The notes under the pieces: generated by a model
Database searches by the model: none
What the model was told of the DNA's origin: nothing
What the model saw: the letters and a program-made list of their open reading frames with translations, nothing else
NCBI GenBank assembly: GCA_016875975.1
Contig: VGOF01000001.1
Location: 1-27,128, forward strand
DNA: 27,128 nucleotides
DNA from: Chloroflexota bacterium
Lineage (GTDB): Bacteria > Chloroflexota > Dehalococcoidia > GIF9 > UBA5629
Reading direction: 5' to 3'
Shown here: positions 7,947-17,972 of the stretch, one piece after another
Position numbering within the stretch: the first letter of the stretch is position 1
Layout of the letters: the number at the start of each line of letters is the position of its first letter
Translations under genes and position numbers: made by a program

Positions 7947-9302
7947 TCAACTTGGAGGCGTAGCAAATTCGGCAGCCTCGCTGTTAGCGCCTCTTATTCG
8001 CCTGTAGATATAATCCAGAGCAATGGCACTGAAAATGATGTACCCTAGGCTTCCTGGCACTATGCTTTTGTACGACGCAGCAAAGATAAACATGTGAACT
8101 ACGGAAAAATATGCTGGCACTGTCGCCACCAAAATCAATGGTCTCCAATCCCTCCTCATAGCCCAGATGGCAACTATGCCAAGTAATATGGGCACAATAG
8201 CGACCAGTATTCCAAGCCATCTGCAAAATGTGGCGCTGAGACTACTCCCTGTAAGCGGAGAAATAAAGTCAGAAAGATACCGTCCAAGATGGCTAGAGTA
8301 ACCCAGTGTGTTAGGAAAGCGCCTGACCAAAACGCTCAGCCACCATCCAGGATATTCCCTGATAGTATTCAACACCTCTCCCCGAAAATATGCCTCTGTT
8401 TCCGGCGACCATGGTTTGATATCCTCACCCAGCGCCTCCCTTGCCAGATTGGTAGCATGTGCATCGGAAAGTACCGCCCCTACAGGGTTCTCGAATTCGC
8501 CAAAGCCTTCCCAAATGCCCTGCCACAAGGTGGAACGCATAAAAACAAGCGCGCCGGTAACATGATAGTTTCTTACCATCCAGGGAGATACAACCAGCAC
8601 CAGCATTGCCATCATAACAGCAGTTACCTTGGCAACATTCAGTACACATTCCCTGAAATTTGTCTTCCGAAGGCTATATATGAACAAACCCAGGCCAAAC
8701 ATCAAGGGCAAGAGCAGTATAGTCGGCTGAAAATAACAACCTACACCAGCAAAGAGACCCGATAGGATATAGAACTTCATTGCCCCCGTTCGCGCCGCCT
8801 TTACAAAGAAGTATAGGGAACTCAACGTGATTAATGGCATCAAAGCATCGTGAAGTGGCCATATAGATAGGTATGCGATGGGGAGCCAAATCGCGTATAG
8901 GAAGGCTGCAATTAAACCAGTTCTCCTGCTAAATAACTCTTTTCCAATCAAAAACATCAGCAGACAGCCAAAAGAATCGATGACTGCTTGAATCACTCGG
9001 AGATAAATATCGTTGTATTCACCAAACGCCCAGTATGTCCCAGCCAACAATATGCTGGTCCCCGGGGGAAGATCATAAAATGGTTCACCATCCCCAGTAA
9101 CAAATCCTCGCTTTTCACACAGGTTTCTTGCCACCTCATCAAACTGACTTGTCATCCCACTATAAGGCGTCAACATGAAATGACTCATCATACCGGTATC
9201 AAGATTGGGAATGCAGGTATAACTTAGCATACCCACCCTAAGACTAAGAGCTAGGATAAGAACAAGTATCAAAAATTTATGTGATTTGATTCTGCGAATC
9301 AT
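7947..9302 (-). CDS. GT-C membrane glycosyltransferase (PMT_2/ArnT-like, family 39-like)
   Basis: Many hydrophobic helices. Family-like segments FDEVARNL, DLPPG, RVIQAV, LIAAFLYA, PWMVRNY. SD gaggag upstream. Confidence 0.8.
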   Translation of the reverse strand: MIRRIKSHKFLILVLILALSLRVGMLSYTCIPNLDTGMMSHFMLTPYSGMTSQFDEVARNLCEKRGFVTGDGEPFYDLPPGTSILLAGTYWAFGEYNDIYLRVIQAVIDSFGCLLMFLIGKELFSRRTGLIAAFLYAIWLPIAYLSIWPLHDALMPLITLSSLYFFVKAARTGAMKFYILSGLFAGVGCYFQPTILLLPLMFGLGLFIYSLRKTNFRECVLNVAKVTAVMMAMLVLVVSPWMVRNYHVTGALVFMRSTLWQGIWEGFGEFENPVGAVLSDAHATNLAREALGEDIKPWSPETEAYFRGEVLNTIREYPGWWLSVLVRRFPNTLGYSSHLGRYLSDFISPLTGSSLSATFCRWLGILVAIVPILLGIVAIWAMRRDWRPLILVATVPAYFSVVHMFIFAASYKSIVPGSLGYIIFSAIALDYIYRRIRGANSEAAEFATPPS

Positions 9303-9398
9303 GTCTTCATCTCCTCGCCAGCACTACGGGAAGTCCGAAACTCCTTTTGCAAAAACACCGCAAGACCTGCTGAATTATCGGATGAAGGCCCAGTCAAT

Positions 9399-10670
9399 TT
9401 AATCACGCACAATCATTGGTGTTGGCAATGGAATAATAAAACCGCCGCGGAACCCTTTATTCCGAAGTTTGGGCATTAATTCGTCTGCAATATGCCAGGA
9501 AAGTAGGAGCGCATACTCAGGTTGGTCGGCAAAGAGGCAGGACTCCTCCACAACTGGTATCAGTGTGCCAGGTATATATTTCCCAATTTTGTGCGACCCC
9601 TTGACTTCCAGCACATAGTCAAGCATCCCATCATCCAGGCCAACGTAATTGATAAGCGTGCTGGCACGCGATGGTGCACTGATACCATAGATGTGTTGTC
9701 CCTTTTCCTTGATAGCCAGAAGCAGAGAGTGCAACTGCAATTTAGAGACAACTACGCACTCTTTGAATTTGAGCAAATTATCCTTGCTCAACACAAACGG
9801 AGCTTCTCCCTCCAGAAGGTCCGCTACTGTCGGTTGGACAGCGTAATCCCCTGCCCTTGCGGCATAGACACGGATAGAACCCCCATGAGTAGGAATCCGC
9901 TTGGCATAGAAAATCTCCAACCCATGCTTTTCCAAAAGATACTTCAGGCTATGTAAAGAATAGTACCGCAAATGCTCGTGGTAAATTGTGTCATACTGCA
10001 AGGTCTCAAGTAACGGTAGCAAATAGTGCGACTCAGAAACAAACACACCGCCCGGTTTAAGTAACTGCATAATCAATGCCACCACGCCATTGACATCTTC
10101 GATGTGCGCGAACACATTGGTTGCAGTAACCAGCTTTGCCTGCCCATATTGTGCAATAACCGTGGAAACAACTTCTGGGGTGAAATAGTCAATTATCGTT
10201 GGAATGCCACGCTCTATTGCGATTTTACCGATTTCCTCGGGAGTAATCCCTAAAACTCGATGATTGTCTTTGAAATTACTTAACAGATTCCCATCGTTAG
10301 AACCGATGTCCACAGCCAAGTCTTGCGGCCCCAAATCCATCGTTGCTCTGACTTCGCGATAGAGTTCTGCAAAGTTCTCGCAAAGAATCTTTGTGGTGCT
10401 GCTAGTGTAGGGATATTCTGGAGGAAAGATAACCTTTGGGTCAACCACCAAGCCTAGTTGCACCAGATGGCATTGGGAACAGTAAAGCAATTGTGCAGGA
10501 TAGCTAGGTTGTTCACGTGGCTTCTCACCGATAGGATTCATCCGATTGACCGGCGGAAGGTAGCCCAAGAAAAGTATTGGCTCAAGATCAGCATTGCGGC
10601 ACACCTGACAGAATTCAATGACAACACTGGAGCCAGTCCCAGCTGCTAGTTCGGGTAGATTTGACATCAC
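9399..10670 (-). CDS. NDP-sugar C-methyltransferase family (Zn-binding N-domain, class I MTase, C-methyltransferase C-domain)
   Basis: CQVC and CSQC Zn ligands, YPYTS, VDIGSNDG, TNVFAH, DTIYHEHLRYYS, THGGSIR, KIGKYIPGT. Confidence 0.88.
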   Translation of the reverse strand: MMSNLPELAAGTGSSVVIEFCQVCRNADLEPILFLGYLPPVNRMNPIGEKPREQPSYPAQLLYCSQCHLVQLGLVVDPKVIFPPEYPYTSSTTKILCENFAELYREVRATMDLGPQDLAVDIGSNDGNLLSNFKDNHRVLGITPEEIGKIAIERGIPTIIDYFTPEVVSTVIAQYGQAKLVTATNVFAHIEDVNGVVALIMQLLKPGGVFVSESHYLLPLLETLQYDTIYHEHLRYYSLHSLKYLLEKHGLEIFYAKRIPTHGGSIRVYAARAGDYAVQPTVADLLEGEAPFVLSKDNLLKFKECVVVSKLQLHSLLLAIKEKGQHIYGISAPSRASTLINYVGLDDGMLDYVLEVKGSHKIGKYIPGTLIPVVEESCLFADQPEYALLLSWHIADELMPKLRNKGFRGGFIIPLPTPMIVRD

Positions 10671-10719
10671 TGCGCCTCCTCGCTATTTGTTGTTCTCCGC
10701 CGGTATATACTCAAAGAAC

Positions 10720-11700
10720 CTATTCAGCCGGATTGAGATAGGCATTCTCATCATACCAACGTAGCGCAATCGGTAATCCTCTATGTAAATTATACTGCGG
10801 CCCATATCCCAGCTTGACCAATTTGGCGATATCTGGGCAGCGCCGTGGCGTACCGCCACCTGCCGGTTCACCCGGTACAACCTCTACCTTCCGACCAAAG
10901 TAATCACCCACGAGATGCGCTAGTTTCTCTATGGTTACTTCTTCCATCGTGCCGATATGATAAATGCCTAAATGTTCGCCGTGCTCTAAGATTAAACCCA
11001 ACCCAGCGATAAAGTCTTCAATGAAGACAAAGGCACGTGTCTCCTTGCCGCTACCCTGGACTGGGAAACGAACAGTGTCTCCCGCCGTCTGACATAGTTG
11101 TTTCATGCGTAGCGCAAACTGCGGAATGACATGCTCCCAACCCATATCAGGGCCATAAACATTGTGTGGGCGAAAGACAACCACACGTTGAAAATGCCTC
11201 CGCCCATAGTTAAGCGCCATCGCCTCACCGATGATTTTGCCAGCCGCATAGGAATAACGTGGATTTAGAATATCAGGAATGCACAATGGCGCTGCTTCAT
11301 CTGTCGGCACAGTCGGTGGAGTCTGATATACCTCAGAACTGGAAGCCAGGATTAACTCGCCAACTCCATGTTTCATACAAGCGTCAATAACGTTTACTAT
11401 GCCTTTGACTCCCACGTCCAGGACAAGCTCGGGCTGGGTATAAAAGAACTTGGTGCCGTTCACAAATGCCAGGTGACAGACGCTATCCACACCTTTACAT
11501 GCCTCCTCGACCTCACATTTGTTTCTTATATCGCCTTCGACAAATTCAACGTCATCTATAACAGCCTGAATTCGTCTGCGACTTCCCCTCGAGTTGTTGT
11601 CAAAAATGCGGACAGCATTTCCTTTTCTAACCAATTCTCGAACTAGGGCACTACCTATGAAGCCGGAGCCACCTGTAACAAGATATTTTTTGCCTTGCAT
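10720..11700 (-). CDS. NAD-dependent epimerase/dehydratase (UDP-glucuronate decarboxylase-like SDR)
   Basis: TGGSGFIG, ASSSEVY, NPRYSYAAGK, FRPHNVYGP, TRAFVFI. The subfamily assignment is tentative. Confidence 0.85.
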   Translation of the reverse strand: MQGKKYLVTGGSGFIGSALVRELVRKGNAVRIFDNNSRGSRRRIQAVIDDVEFVEGDIRNKCEVEEACKGVDSVCHLAFVNGTKFFYTQPELVLDVGVKGIVNVIDACMKHGVGELILASSSEVYQTPPTVPTDEAAPLCIPDILNPRYSYAAGKIIGEAMALNYGRRHFQRVVVFRPHNVYGPDMGWEHVIPQFALRMKQLCQTAGDTVRFPVQGSGKETRAFVFIEDFIAGLGLILEHGEHLGIYHIGTMEEVTIEKLAHLVGDYFGRKVEVVPGEPAGGGTPRRCPDIAKLVKLGYGPQYNLHRGLPIALRWYDENAYLNPAE

Positions 11701-11776
11701 CCCAGAAACGCCCTTTGCCTGCTTATTTTTGTATAAGTAACCACAAGTGAACCATATCTGTTACGCAAAAAGAATA

Positions 11777-12559
11777 TCAAAAAACCTTTCCGCAAAGTCG
11801 CAAGTCCCTCTTGATTTTGACAGTCTCCGGTTTTCTGCGAAGCCACTTTGTAGCCAAACCATATACATACCACTTGAGATAATGGGGTAACCACCGAACT
11901 ACACGAAAGCGACTCTTTCCTTTAACTCGTTCAAGCCAACGGCATGGGATTTCACCAATTTTCCAACCTAGCCTCTCACATTTGACCAACAGTTCCAGTG
12001 AATAGGTAAACCCCACTCTTGATTCAATAAGAACCGAATCCAGAAGCCTGCGCGAGAACAGCCGAAAACCGTTAGTGGCATCACGAACTGGAACACCCGA
12101 CAGTCTAAAAAGGGTGAATGAAGCTAAACGTGTCAAAACTGATTTTAACCAGGGGCATCCCTCCATTGACCCACCTTTCATAAATCGACTTGCGACTACA
12201 ACATCGCAACCATCCTTGAATTCCCTGTACATCTTATCCAAAATATGCTGGTTATATGTATCATCGGCTGCAAAAACAACTACACAGTCAGCATCGCTCA
12301 TCTCAAAGCCAGTAACAATTGCTCCATGAACTCCCTGTCCACGATTTTTAACCCTCACTATTTCATAACGCACTTTGCAATCATCCAGGGCAGGCAATGT
12401 GTTGTCTTCATCAAAATCATAGCAGATAAGCAATCGAAAAGGTGTCTTGACCTTCTCGTCTAACAATTTGAGCACCTCACTGATATTATCACCTTCATTA
12501 TACACAGGAATAATAATATCTAGAGGGAAAGGGTTTCGTGGCATCGGACTCGCGTTCAT
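11777..12559 (-). CDS. Glycosyltransferase family 2, DPM1/ArnC/GtrB-like polyprenol-phosphate glycosyltransferase (start revised to ATG 12559)
   Basis: IIIPVYNEG, FAADD, VVVASRF, DATNGFRLFSR, GWKIGEIP. ATG 12559 overlaps the upstream gene's TGA (ATGA coupling). Confidence 0.88.
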   Translation of the reverse strand: MNASPMPRNPFPLDIIIPVYNEGDNISEVLKLLDEKVKTPFRLLICYDFDEDNTLPALDDCKVRYEIVRVKNRGQGVHGAIVTGFEMSDADCVVVFAADDTYNQHILDKMYREFKDGCDVVVASRFMKGGSMEGCPWLKSVLTRLASFTLFRLSGVPVRDATNGFRLFSRRLLDSVLIESRVGFTYSLELLVKCERLGWKIGEIPCRWLERVKGKSRFRVVRWLPHYLKWYVYGLATKWLRRKPETVKIKRDLRLCGKVF

Positions 12560-13308
12560 CGCTGCAATGATAGGCCTTCCCACAAACTACAGTCCATTGA
12601 TGAGTCCCATGGAATCTCAAAAGGCAAGCACTTAGCAATATCCTCACGGGTACAAGGCTTTAAGCTTGGTTTATATGCTCTATATCTATCATAATCAGAA
12701 AGGCGAGGATTCCCAATGTTCACTGTCCCAACAAAATCTATCGCGAGAATTCTCTGGATTGCTTTTACCAAATCATCTAGCGGCATGCCAGAAGTAAAAA
12801 TGTCTGTAGCAGATTCCTCGAATTCAATTTGGTTGGGATCAAAAAACCTCGTACGAATTATGCAATGATTTGAGAGCGCATTCACAGCAGCTTCAGCTCC
12901 AAGCTTGGTCCAGCCATATACATTATAGGGAATCGTTTCGTCCTTTTCAGAATAGTTACCTCTCACACCAGGATAGACACCGTCTGTCGAAATATGAATG
13001 AACCTAATTTTTTTGTCATATCTCTTTTCAGTTTCAATAAGCTGTTTTACTAGATTGCTTGTGCCGACAATATTGATGGCTATAGCTCTGCAGGGTTCAG
13101 CTTCGCAAATTCTCATCCGTGCCAAAGCAGCGCAGTGTATCACAACACTAATCTGTTCACGTTCAAAGAAATTTTTGACAGAAGTTGGTTCCGTGATATC
13201 TAAAACATCTTTCGGAGGATGGAGTATATTTTGAATCAATCCGGAATTAATAATATGCCTTCCAAGCTTGCCCGAGCCGCCAGTCAAAAGAATGTTACTG
13301 GAAGTCAT
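12556..13308 (-). CDS. RmlD-like (dTDP-4-dehydrorhamnose reductase family) SDR (start revised to ATG 13308)
   Basis: ILLTGGSGKLG, VIHCAA, IHISTDGVY, PYNVYGWTKLGAE, IIRT. Confidence 0.85.
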   Translation of the reverse strand: MTSSNILLTGGSGKLGRHIINSGLIQNILHPPKDVLDITEPTSVKNFFEREQISVVIHCAALARMRICEAEPCRAIAINIVGTSNLVKQLIETEKRYDKKIRFIHISTDGVYPGVRGNYSEKDETIPYNVYGWTKLGAEAAVNALSNHCIIRTRFFDPNQIEFEESATDIFTSGMPLDDLVKAIQRILAIDFVGTVNIGNPRLSDYDRYRAYKPSLKPCTREDIAKCLPFEIPWDSSMDCSLWEGLSLQR

Positions 13309-13494
13309 CGTAACCACCCATTTGGAACAGAAAGTTGCCCCCTCTGGCTACCTGCAACCTTAAGCGACACGCGAACAAGTACCGCTTCACACCCGTGTGG
13401 AGAAGTAACAGTAATCATCAAAAATGGCATCCCCCACAACCGCAAGAAATCCAGGATACCAAATTATAGAATTGTCTGGACCTGTGGGTTTCAC
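13295..13494 (-). pseudogene. Degraded, truncated acyltransferase-like gene (probable hexapeptide-repeat family N-terminus)
   Basis: GTG 13494 overlaps the dehydrogenase TGA (GTGA coupling). Reads VKPTGPDNSIIWYPGFLAVVGDAIFDDYCYFSTRV*SGTCSRVA*GC, then after a frameshift VARGGNFLFQMGGY. Family assignment is from recalled similarity only. Confidence 0.5.
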
Positions 13495-14684
13495 GATTTC
13501 GCCTCAGACGGGATTACATTCCATAAATCCACTACCTCGACTCCCTGGGGCATACTAAGCTGCCGATATGCCGAATGCGGAACACCAACAATCACCACAT
13601 CGCTTGATGCCACTAGCTCTTCTTTGCTAACGAACGTCGGATTTTTCGCAAACTCGTCAGAGTAAAGAACGTGTGCACCATAAAAACGCAATATCTTACC
13701 CAGTTTATACGAGAGCGAATCACGGGTGTCATCAATATCCGCCTTGAATGCCATGCCCAAGATACCTACTCTCGTACGGGTAAGGTCATACTTCTGTCGC
13801 AAATTCTCGACAATAAACCCCGGCAAACCCTCATTGATAGTCATAGCGGCTTGCCCCAGCGGGAAACTGGTGTTACCCAGTGCAAGGAGTTGCATCGTAT
13901 CCTTGAGTAAGCATGGGCCTGCGGCAAAACCAGCAGCAGCCAGACCGGTAGCTCGTTCATATCCATCCATCATCGCCTGCCGCACGCGGTCAAAATCCAC
14001 TCCAAAATTGCATGCAACCATGTAGAATTGATTAGCAGCGGCAAACTGGATATAGCGCCAGGCGTTAGCGAACAATTTTGCCAATTCGGCCTCGCCAACT
14101 GTCACCTGAATGATATGGGGGGTGATAACCGAGAACAGCTCTTCAGCATCCCTGACCGCCCTCTCGCTCAGGCCAGACACCAACTGAGGTAATCTCTGCA
14201 GCTCCCGGACGGCGTACCCCTGTACGATTCGTTCCGGACAATAAGCAATATGCCACGGGCCACCACCCATCTTCTCCAATAACCGCAATACCTGCTGGCA
14301 CGTCCGTGGAAAAACCGTGCTTCGTATGATGATTGTCTGATGACTACTTAAATAGGGATGCAATTCTGCAAACAAATCGAGCAACGCACGCAGCTTTGGA
14401 TTGAGATATTCATCAACAGGTGTGCCAATTGCTACAATAATAAAACGTGCCGAAGATAGTGATTTAACATCTTCTGACAAAAAGAGAGTCTCATCGATCA
14501 CTTTGTTCAAAAGAGGCTCAGCCTCATACTCAATGAACGGCATCTGCCCTTGTTGTATCAATTCCATAGCCTGTTTATTCACGTCATACAAGATAACGCG
14601 CTGGCCTTTAGAGGCAAAAACCAGACCCAATGGCAGCCCAACATGCCCCGCACCACCAACGATGCCGATATCAAAATCGTACAT
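13491..14684 (-). CDS. UDP-glucose/GDP-mannose dehydrogenase family protein (ATG 14684 preferred over GTG 14687)
   Basis: GGAGHVGLP, IGTP, IIIRSTV, YCPERI, ELAKLFANAWR, GPCLLKD (catalytic Cys), LGMAFKADIDDTRDS. Confidence 0.92.
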   Translation of the reverse strand: MYDFDIGIVGGAGHVGLPLGLVFASKGQRVILYDVNKQAMELIQQGQMPFIEYEAEPLLNKVIDETLFLSEDVKSLSSARFIIVAIGTPVDEYLNPKLRALLDLFAELHPYLSSHQTIIIRSTVFPRTCQQVLRLLEKMGGGPWHIAYCPERIVQGYAVRELQRLPQLVSGLSERAVRDAEELFSVITPHIIQVTVGEAELAKLFANAWRYIQFAAANQFYMVACNFGVDFDRVRQAMMDGYERATGLAAAGFAAGPCLLKDTMQLLALGNTSFPLGQAAMTINEGLPGFIVENLRQKYDLTRTRVGILGMAFKADIDDTRDSLSYKLGKILRFYGAHVLYSDEFAKNPTFVSKEELVASSDVVIVGVPHSAYRQLSMPQGVEVVDLWNVIPSEAKS

Positions 14685-14688
14685 CACT

Positions 14689-15153
14689 CTACTCCCTCTT
14701 CCTGAAAATCATGGTGTCATAAGCAACAAAATTGAACGCAGCAACTAATACCATCCCGATAGCCGCATTTATGATATAAAACACACCCAGAAACTGCAAA
14801 GCGGCAAATAAAACCAACCGCGTAACAATACTTATGCCTAATGCAAGGTGAAATTTAAGCATTTGAACAACTAAGCTACCTCCACTTTCTTTATGTCTGT
14901 CACGCCAGGTAATAGCCCGACTCATGAAGAAGTTATATATGATACTCAGTTCCATACTGATGGCGTTAGCTACATTTTCCCCCAGTTTTGTATCGAATCC
15001 CAAATAATTCACCAATATGAATAACGTTAGCAGGCATAGTATTACAGCAGAACCCCCAACAACCAGGAACTTAATGATTGTAAATCTTCTCTGGACGATA
15101 TAAGAAACTATCCTCCATTTCTCTACTCGTTCAAATACGCTGGCAAATCCCAT
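14689..15153 (-). CDS. GtrA family flippase-like membrane protein
   Basis: 154 aa with about four hydrophobic helices. IKFLVVGG, NFFMSRAITWRD, LKFH, FNFV pattern typical of GtrA. Confidence 0.85.
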   Translation of the reverse strand: MGFASVFERVEKWRIVSYIVQRRFTIIKFLVVGGSAVILCLLTLFILVNYLGFDTKLGENVANAISMELSIIYNFFMSRAITWRDRHKESGGSLVVQMLKFHLALGISIVTRLVLFAALQFLGVFYIINAAIGMVLVAAFNFVAYDTMIFRKRE

Positions 15154-15158
15154 AGTAG

Positions 15159-15187
15159 TTGCGCGTTATACGACAGTATATTATCAT
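15159..15187 (+). promoter_or_regulatory. Candidate sigma70-type promoter P2 toward DUF2206
   Basis: TTGCGC-N17-TATCAT in the divergent intergenic region. Motif match only. Confidence 0.3.
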
Positions 15188-15295
15188 ATTCTAGTAACCA
15201 TCACTATAGGACTCATCAACCCATAGCCAAGTTGAAATTGAAGGAGCATTCCTCTGGAACCAGTCGCATGCAGTTTATCGTCCTGGTCACAACAC

Positions 15296-15323
15296 TTGAC
15301 TTGGGCAATAGAACGAGTATGAT
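15296..15323 (+). promoter_or_regulatory. Candidate sigma70-type promoter P1 for the DUF2206-pse block
   Basis: TTGACT-N16-TATGAT (5/6 and 5/6 consensus) about 135 bp upstream of the DUF2206 ORF. Confidence 0.5.
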
Positions 15324-15457
15324 TTTCATGGCACACAAGAGCCTGTCCTGTTACGATGTGGCAACAGAGACTGGCAAAGCGGCCAGGTGACACTCACTAT
15401 CACAAATGCGGAGACGGATACAATACCACACCCACGATGGCGCCGTGTTTCTGAAGC

Positions 15458-17971
15458 ATGGATATACACCAATCCCTCAGGGCAATAGGGCAACGAATCC
15501 AAATGAAATCGCCTAACAATTGGGAAATAAGAGACTGCATAGCCTTATGCAGCAGCGTATTATTAACGGCTCTGGCAATAATGGGGTTGTCCGCTCTGGG
15601 TTTTGATATCCCAGTCCTCAGGCAAGTCGCTGGCTTCTTTTTCCTGACCTTCATTCCCGGCATCCTCATCCTCAGAATCCTCAGGATTCACAATATCCAC
15701 ATAATAGAAAGCCTGCTCTATTCGGTAGGACTGAGCCTGGCATTTGTCATTATAATGGGCGTAGTGGCTAACTTTGCCCTGCCACCTCTGGGCATCTCAA
15801 AACCTATTTCGCTGTTACCACTGTTACTGGTAATCACCCCCGCTTTCCTGCTGCTTTGTCTATTCGCCTATATACGGGATAAAGGCTTCCGCCCATCCAG
15901 CCAGAGCGATAAACAGGCTTCGGAATCAACCTGGCAAAATTTCCGTGCTGCTAACCCTGCTCCCTACCTGCTGGCTGCCCTGCTGCCTCTCCTCGCTATC
16001 CTGGGAGCCATCCTGATAAACGCCTACTATAACAATGCTCCGATATTCGCTCTCATATTCGTCATTGCCATCGTAATAGGACTGGCTGCCTTCAACAAAT
16101 TCATTCATCCCCGGGTTTATCCCATCATGATATTCATGATGGCACTGGCACTCCTGTATCAGACCACATTTATCTCCGACTATCTGGTAGGCAGCGACAT
16201 TCACATCGAACATTACGTCAGCAATCTAGTAGTAGAAGATGGCCACTGGCATGTTGACATTCCCGGAACTGGCGCTGTGAATTCATGTCTAAGCATCGTC
16301 ATATTGGCACCTATCTACTCGCTCATGCTGAATGTGGACATAGTCTGGCTATTCAAGATAATCTATCCCCTTTTCTTTTCCCTGGTACCTCTGGCACTCT
16401 TTCGTACCTTCAGCCTCCAAATGAAATCCCAGCATGCCTTTCTGGCTGTCGCCTTCTTCATCACCATGCCCATGTTTTTTATGGACATGCCACAGTTGGT
16501 CAGACAGCAAATATCTGAACTCTTCTTCGTCCTGGTGATACTGCTGATGATAGACCGTAAATTAACTTTGATACAGAGGACTACTTTGGTCCTTATCTTC
16601 GGCTGTGGTATAGTCGTCTCCTACTACGGATTAGGTACTGCCTATCCTATCGGTTATCTGGCTTTTGGTTCACTGGTGCTTATCGTTATTAAAAGCCGCC
16701 CCGGTCGAGCTCTGTGGCAATGGCTGATCGGAAAACATAACAGCCTACCCACTGACTTAACCTCAGCCGGAGCATTTAACAAAAAAGCCCTGGTCATCAC
16801 TGTTGTCGTCAGTCTAATTTTTATGTTTGCTTACTTCAGAGTCACCTCCGCAGGCTTAATGGGCCCCAGGATTTTTGGCGAGGTCGTGCATAGTGCAGCC
16901 GAACAAACAATTCAGGGTATTACTACACCAGCTACCACTACACCAGCTACCACTACACCAGCTACCACTACACCAGCTACCACTACACCAGCTACCACTA
17001 CACCAGCTACCACTACACCAGCTACCACTACACCAGCTACCACTACACCAACCCCACAAATTCCCGCCTTCGTTCAGAAGATAACTGCCATGTTTCCCTT
17101 TCTCAACCCCTTATCCAAAGAACCTTTATCTCAAACAGCCCTGGGCATTGATTTTTCCATAGCATCACCAGGAGGGAAAGCATGGCGAGTGTTCCAATAC
17201 CTCGTCGAGCTTTGCCTTATCATCGGCTTCTTCAGGCTCGTTTTCCGCCCCGGGACACTTGGTGAATTCAAGGCCGAATATCTATCACTGACCATAGTAA
17301 GCACCCTGATTTTACTCGGCATCTATATCCTCCCAACTACAGGTTGGGGCTTGGGCTCCGTCCGAATATGGCAAATCACCTTACTCCTAATGTCACCGCT
17401 ATTTATATTCGGTGGTGAAACCATCGCTCTCGGGATAGCCAAATTAACCAGCATATCCCGAAAGAGCTTGGCATCTTCCAAAATGAGATTTGATACTCGA
17501 AGTCTCACGTGGTGCCCAATAGTCTTTATATTAATACCCTACTTTATCTTCAACAGTGGAGCCATCTTCGAACTTAGCCGTAACCAGACTACCCGTTTTA
17601 TCGATATGCCCTATTCTATTGCGTTATCCAGCTACAGGCTGGACTTAAACACCGTTTTTACCAGGCAAGATACTACCGCCGCCGACTGGCTCTCCACTGT
17701 AGGCAGCCGCCCTCTCCGTACCGACATCCACGGCTGCCAGCTATTTTATAATTACAGAGCGGCTCAAAATGCTGGAGAGCTAGCCTCGTCCAGCTATATT
17801 TATTTAAGAACTTGGAATGCACGGACAAAGACGTGGACTGTCGGTACCGCTTATGCAGCGCGGCAAAGCGTCAGCTTCGATGATTTGGATAATCCCTGGC
17901 TTACACAAGCACTGGAAAGAGGTGACAAAATCTACAATAACGACGGGGCACAAATACTGTTACAGGAGTAA
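15458..17971 (+). CDS. DUF2206-family polytopic membrane protein (start may be ATG 15503)
   Basis: NWEI..., [28 protein letters not shown]...[65 protein letters not shown], all matching recalled DUF2206 patterns. Confidence 0.82.
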   Translation: MDIHQSLRAIGQRIQMKSPNNWEIRDCIALCSSVLLTALAIMGLSALGFDIPVLRQVAGFFFLTFIPGILILRILRIHNIHIIESLLYSVGLSLAFVIIMGVVANFALPPLGISKPISLLPLLLVITPAFLLLCLFAYIRDKGFRPSSQSDKQASESTWQNFRAANPAPYLLAALLPLLAILGAILINAYYNNAPIFALIFVIAIVIGLAAFNKFIHPRVYPIMIFMMALALLYQTTFISDYLVGSDIHIEHYVSNLVVEDGHWHVDIPGTGAVNSCLSIVILAPIYSLMLNVDIVWLFKIIYPLFFSLVPLALFRTFSLQMKSQHAFLAVAFFITMPMFFMDMPQLVRQQISELFFVLVILLMIDRKLTLIQRTTLVLIFGCGIVVSYYGLGTAYPIGYLAFGSLVLIVIKSRPGRALWQWLIGKHNSLPTDLTSAGAFNKKALVITVVVSLIFMFAYFRVTSAGLMGPRIFGEVVHSAAEQTIQGITTPATTTPATTTPATTTPATTTPATTTPATTTPATTTPATTTPTPQIPAFVQKITAMFPFLNPLSKEPLSQTALGIDFSIASPGGKAWRVFQYLVELCLIIGFFRLVFRPGTLGEFKAEYLSLTIVSTLILLGIYILPTTGWGLGSVRIWQITLLLMSPLFIFGGETIALGIAKLTSISRKSLASSKMRFDTRSLTWCPIVFILIPYFIFNSGAIFELSRNQTTRFIDMPYSIALSSYRLDLNTVFTRQDTTAADWLSTVGSRPLRTDIHGCQLFYNYRAAQNAGELASSSYIYLRTWNARTKTWTVGTAYAARQSVSFDDLDNPWLTQALERGDKIYNNDGAQILLQE
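16922..17050 (+). repeat. Perfect 15-bp tandem repeat, 8 full copies plus 9 bp, encoding (PATTT)x8
   Basis: The unit actacaccagctacc is repeated without mismatch, in frame within DUF2206. Confidence 0.98.
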
Positions 17972-17972
17972 A

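Noticed and set aside
15184-15669. Small ORFs in the divergent intergenic region (15184-15393 and 15400-15669 on -, and a ~40-codon ORF on +)
   Set aside because: No recognisable motifs or suitably spaced SD, and they overlap promoter candidates or DUF2206.
16922-17050. CRISPR array
   Set aside because: The units are contiguous 15-mers without spacers, lie in frame in a CDS, and no cas genes are present.
16856-17084. Alternative-frame ORFs encoding (SGSWC)n and (LHQLP)n
   Set aside because: By-products of the 15-bp repeat lacking stops in other frames.
17817-17972. N-terminal extension of the second GT4
   Set aside because: It overlaps the DUF2206 3' end, and ATG 17973 has an SD and the typical GT4 N-terminus.
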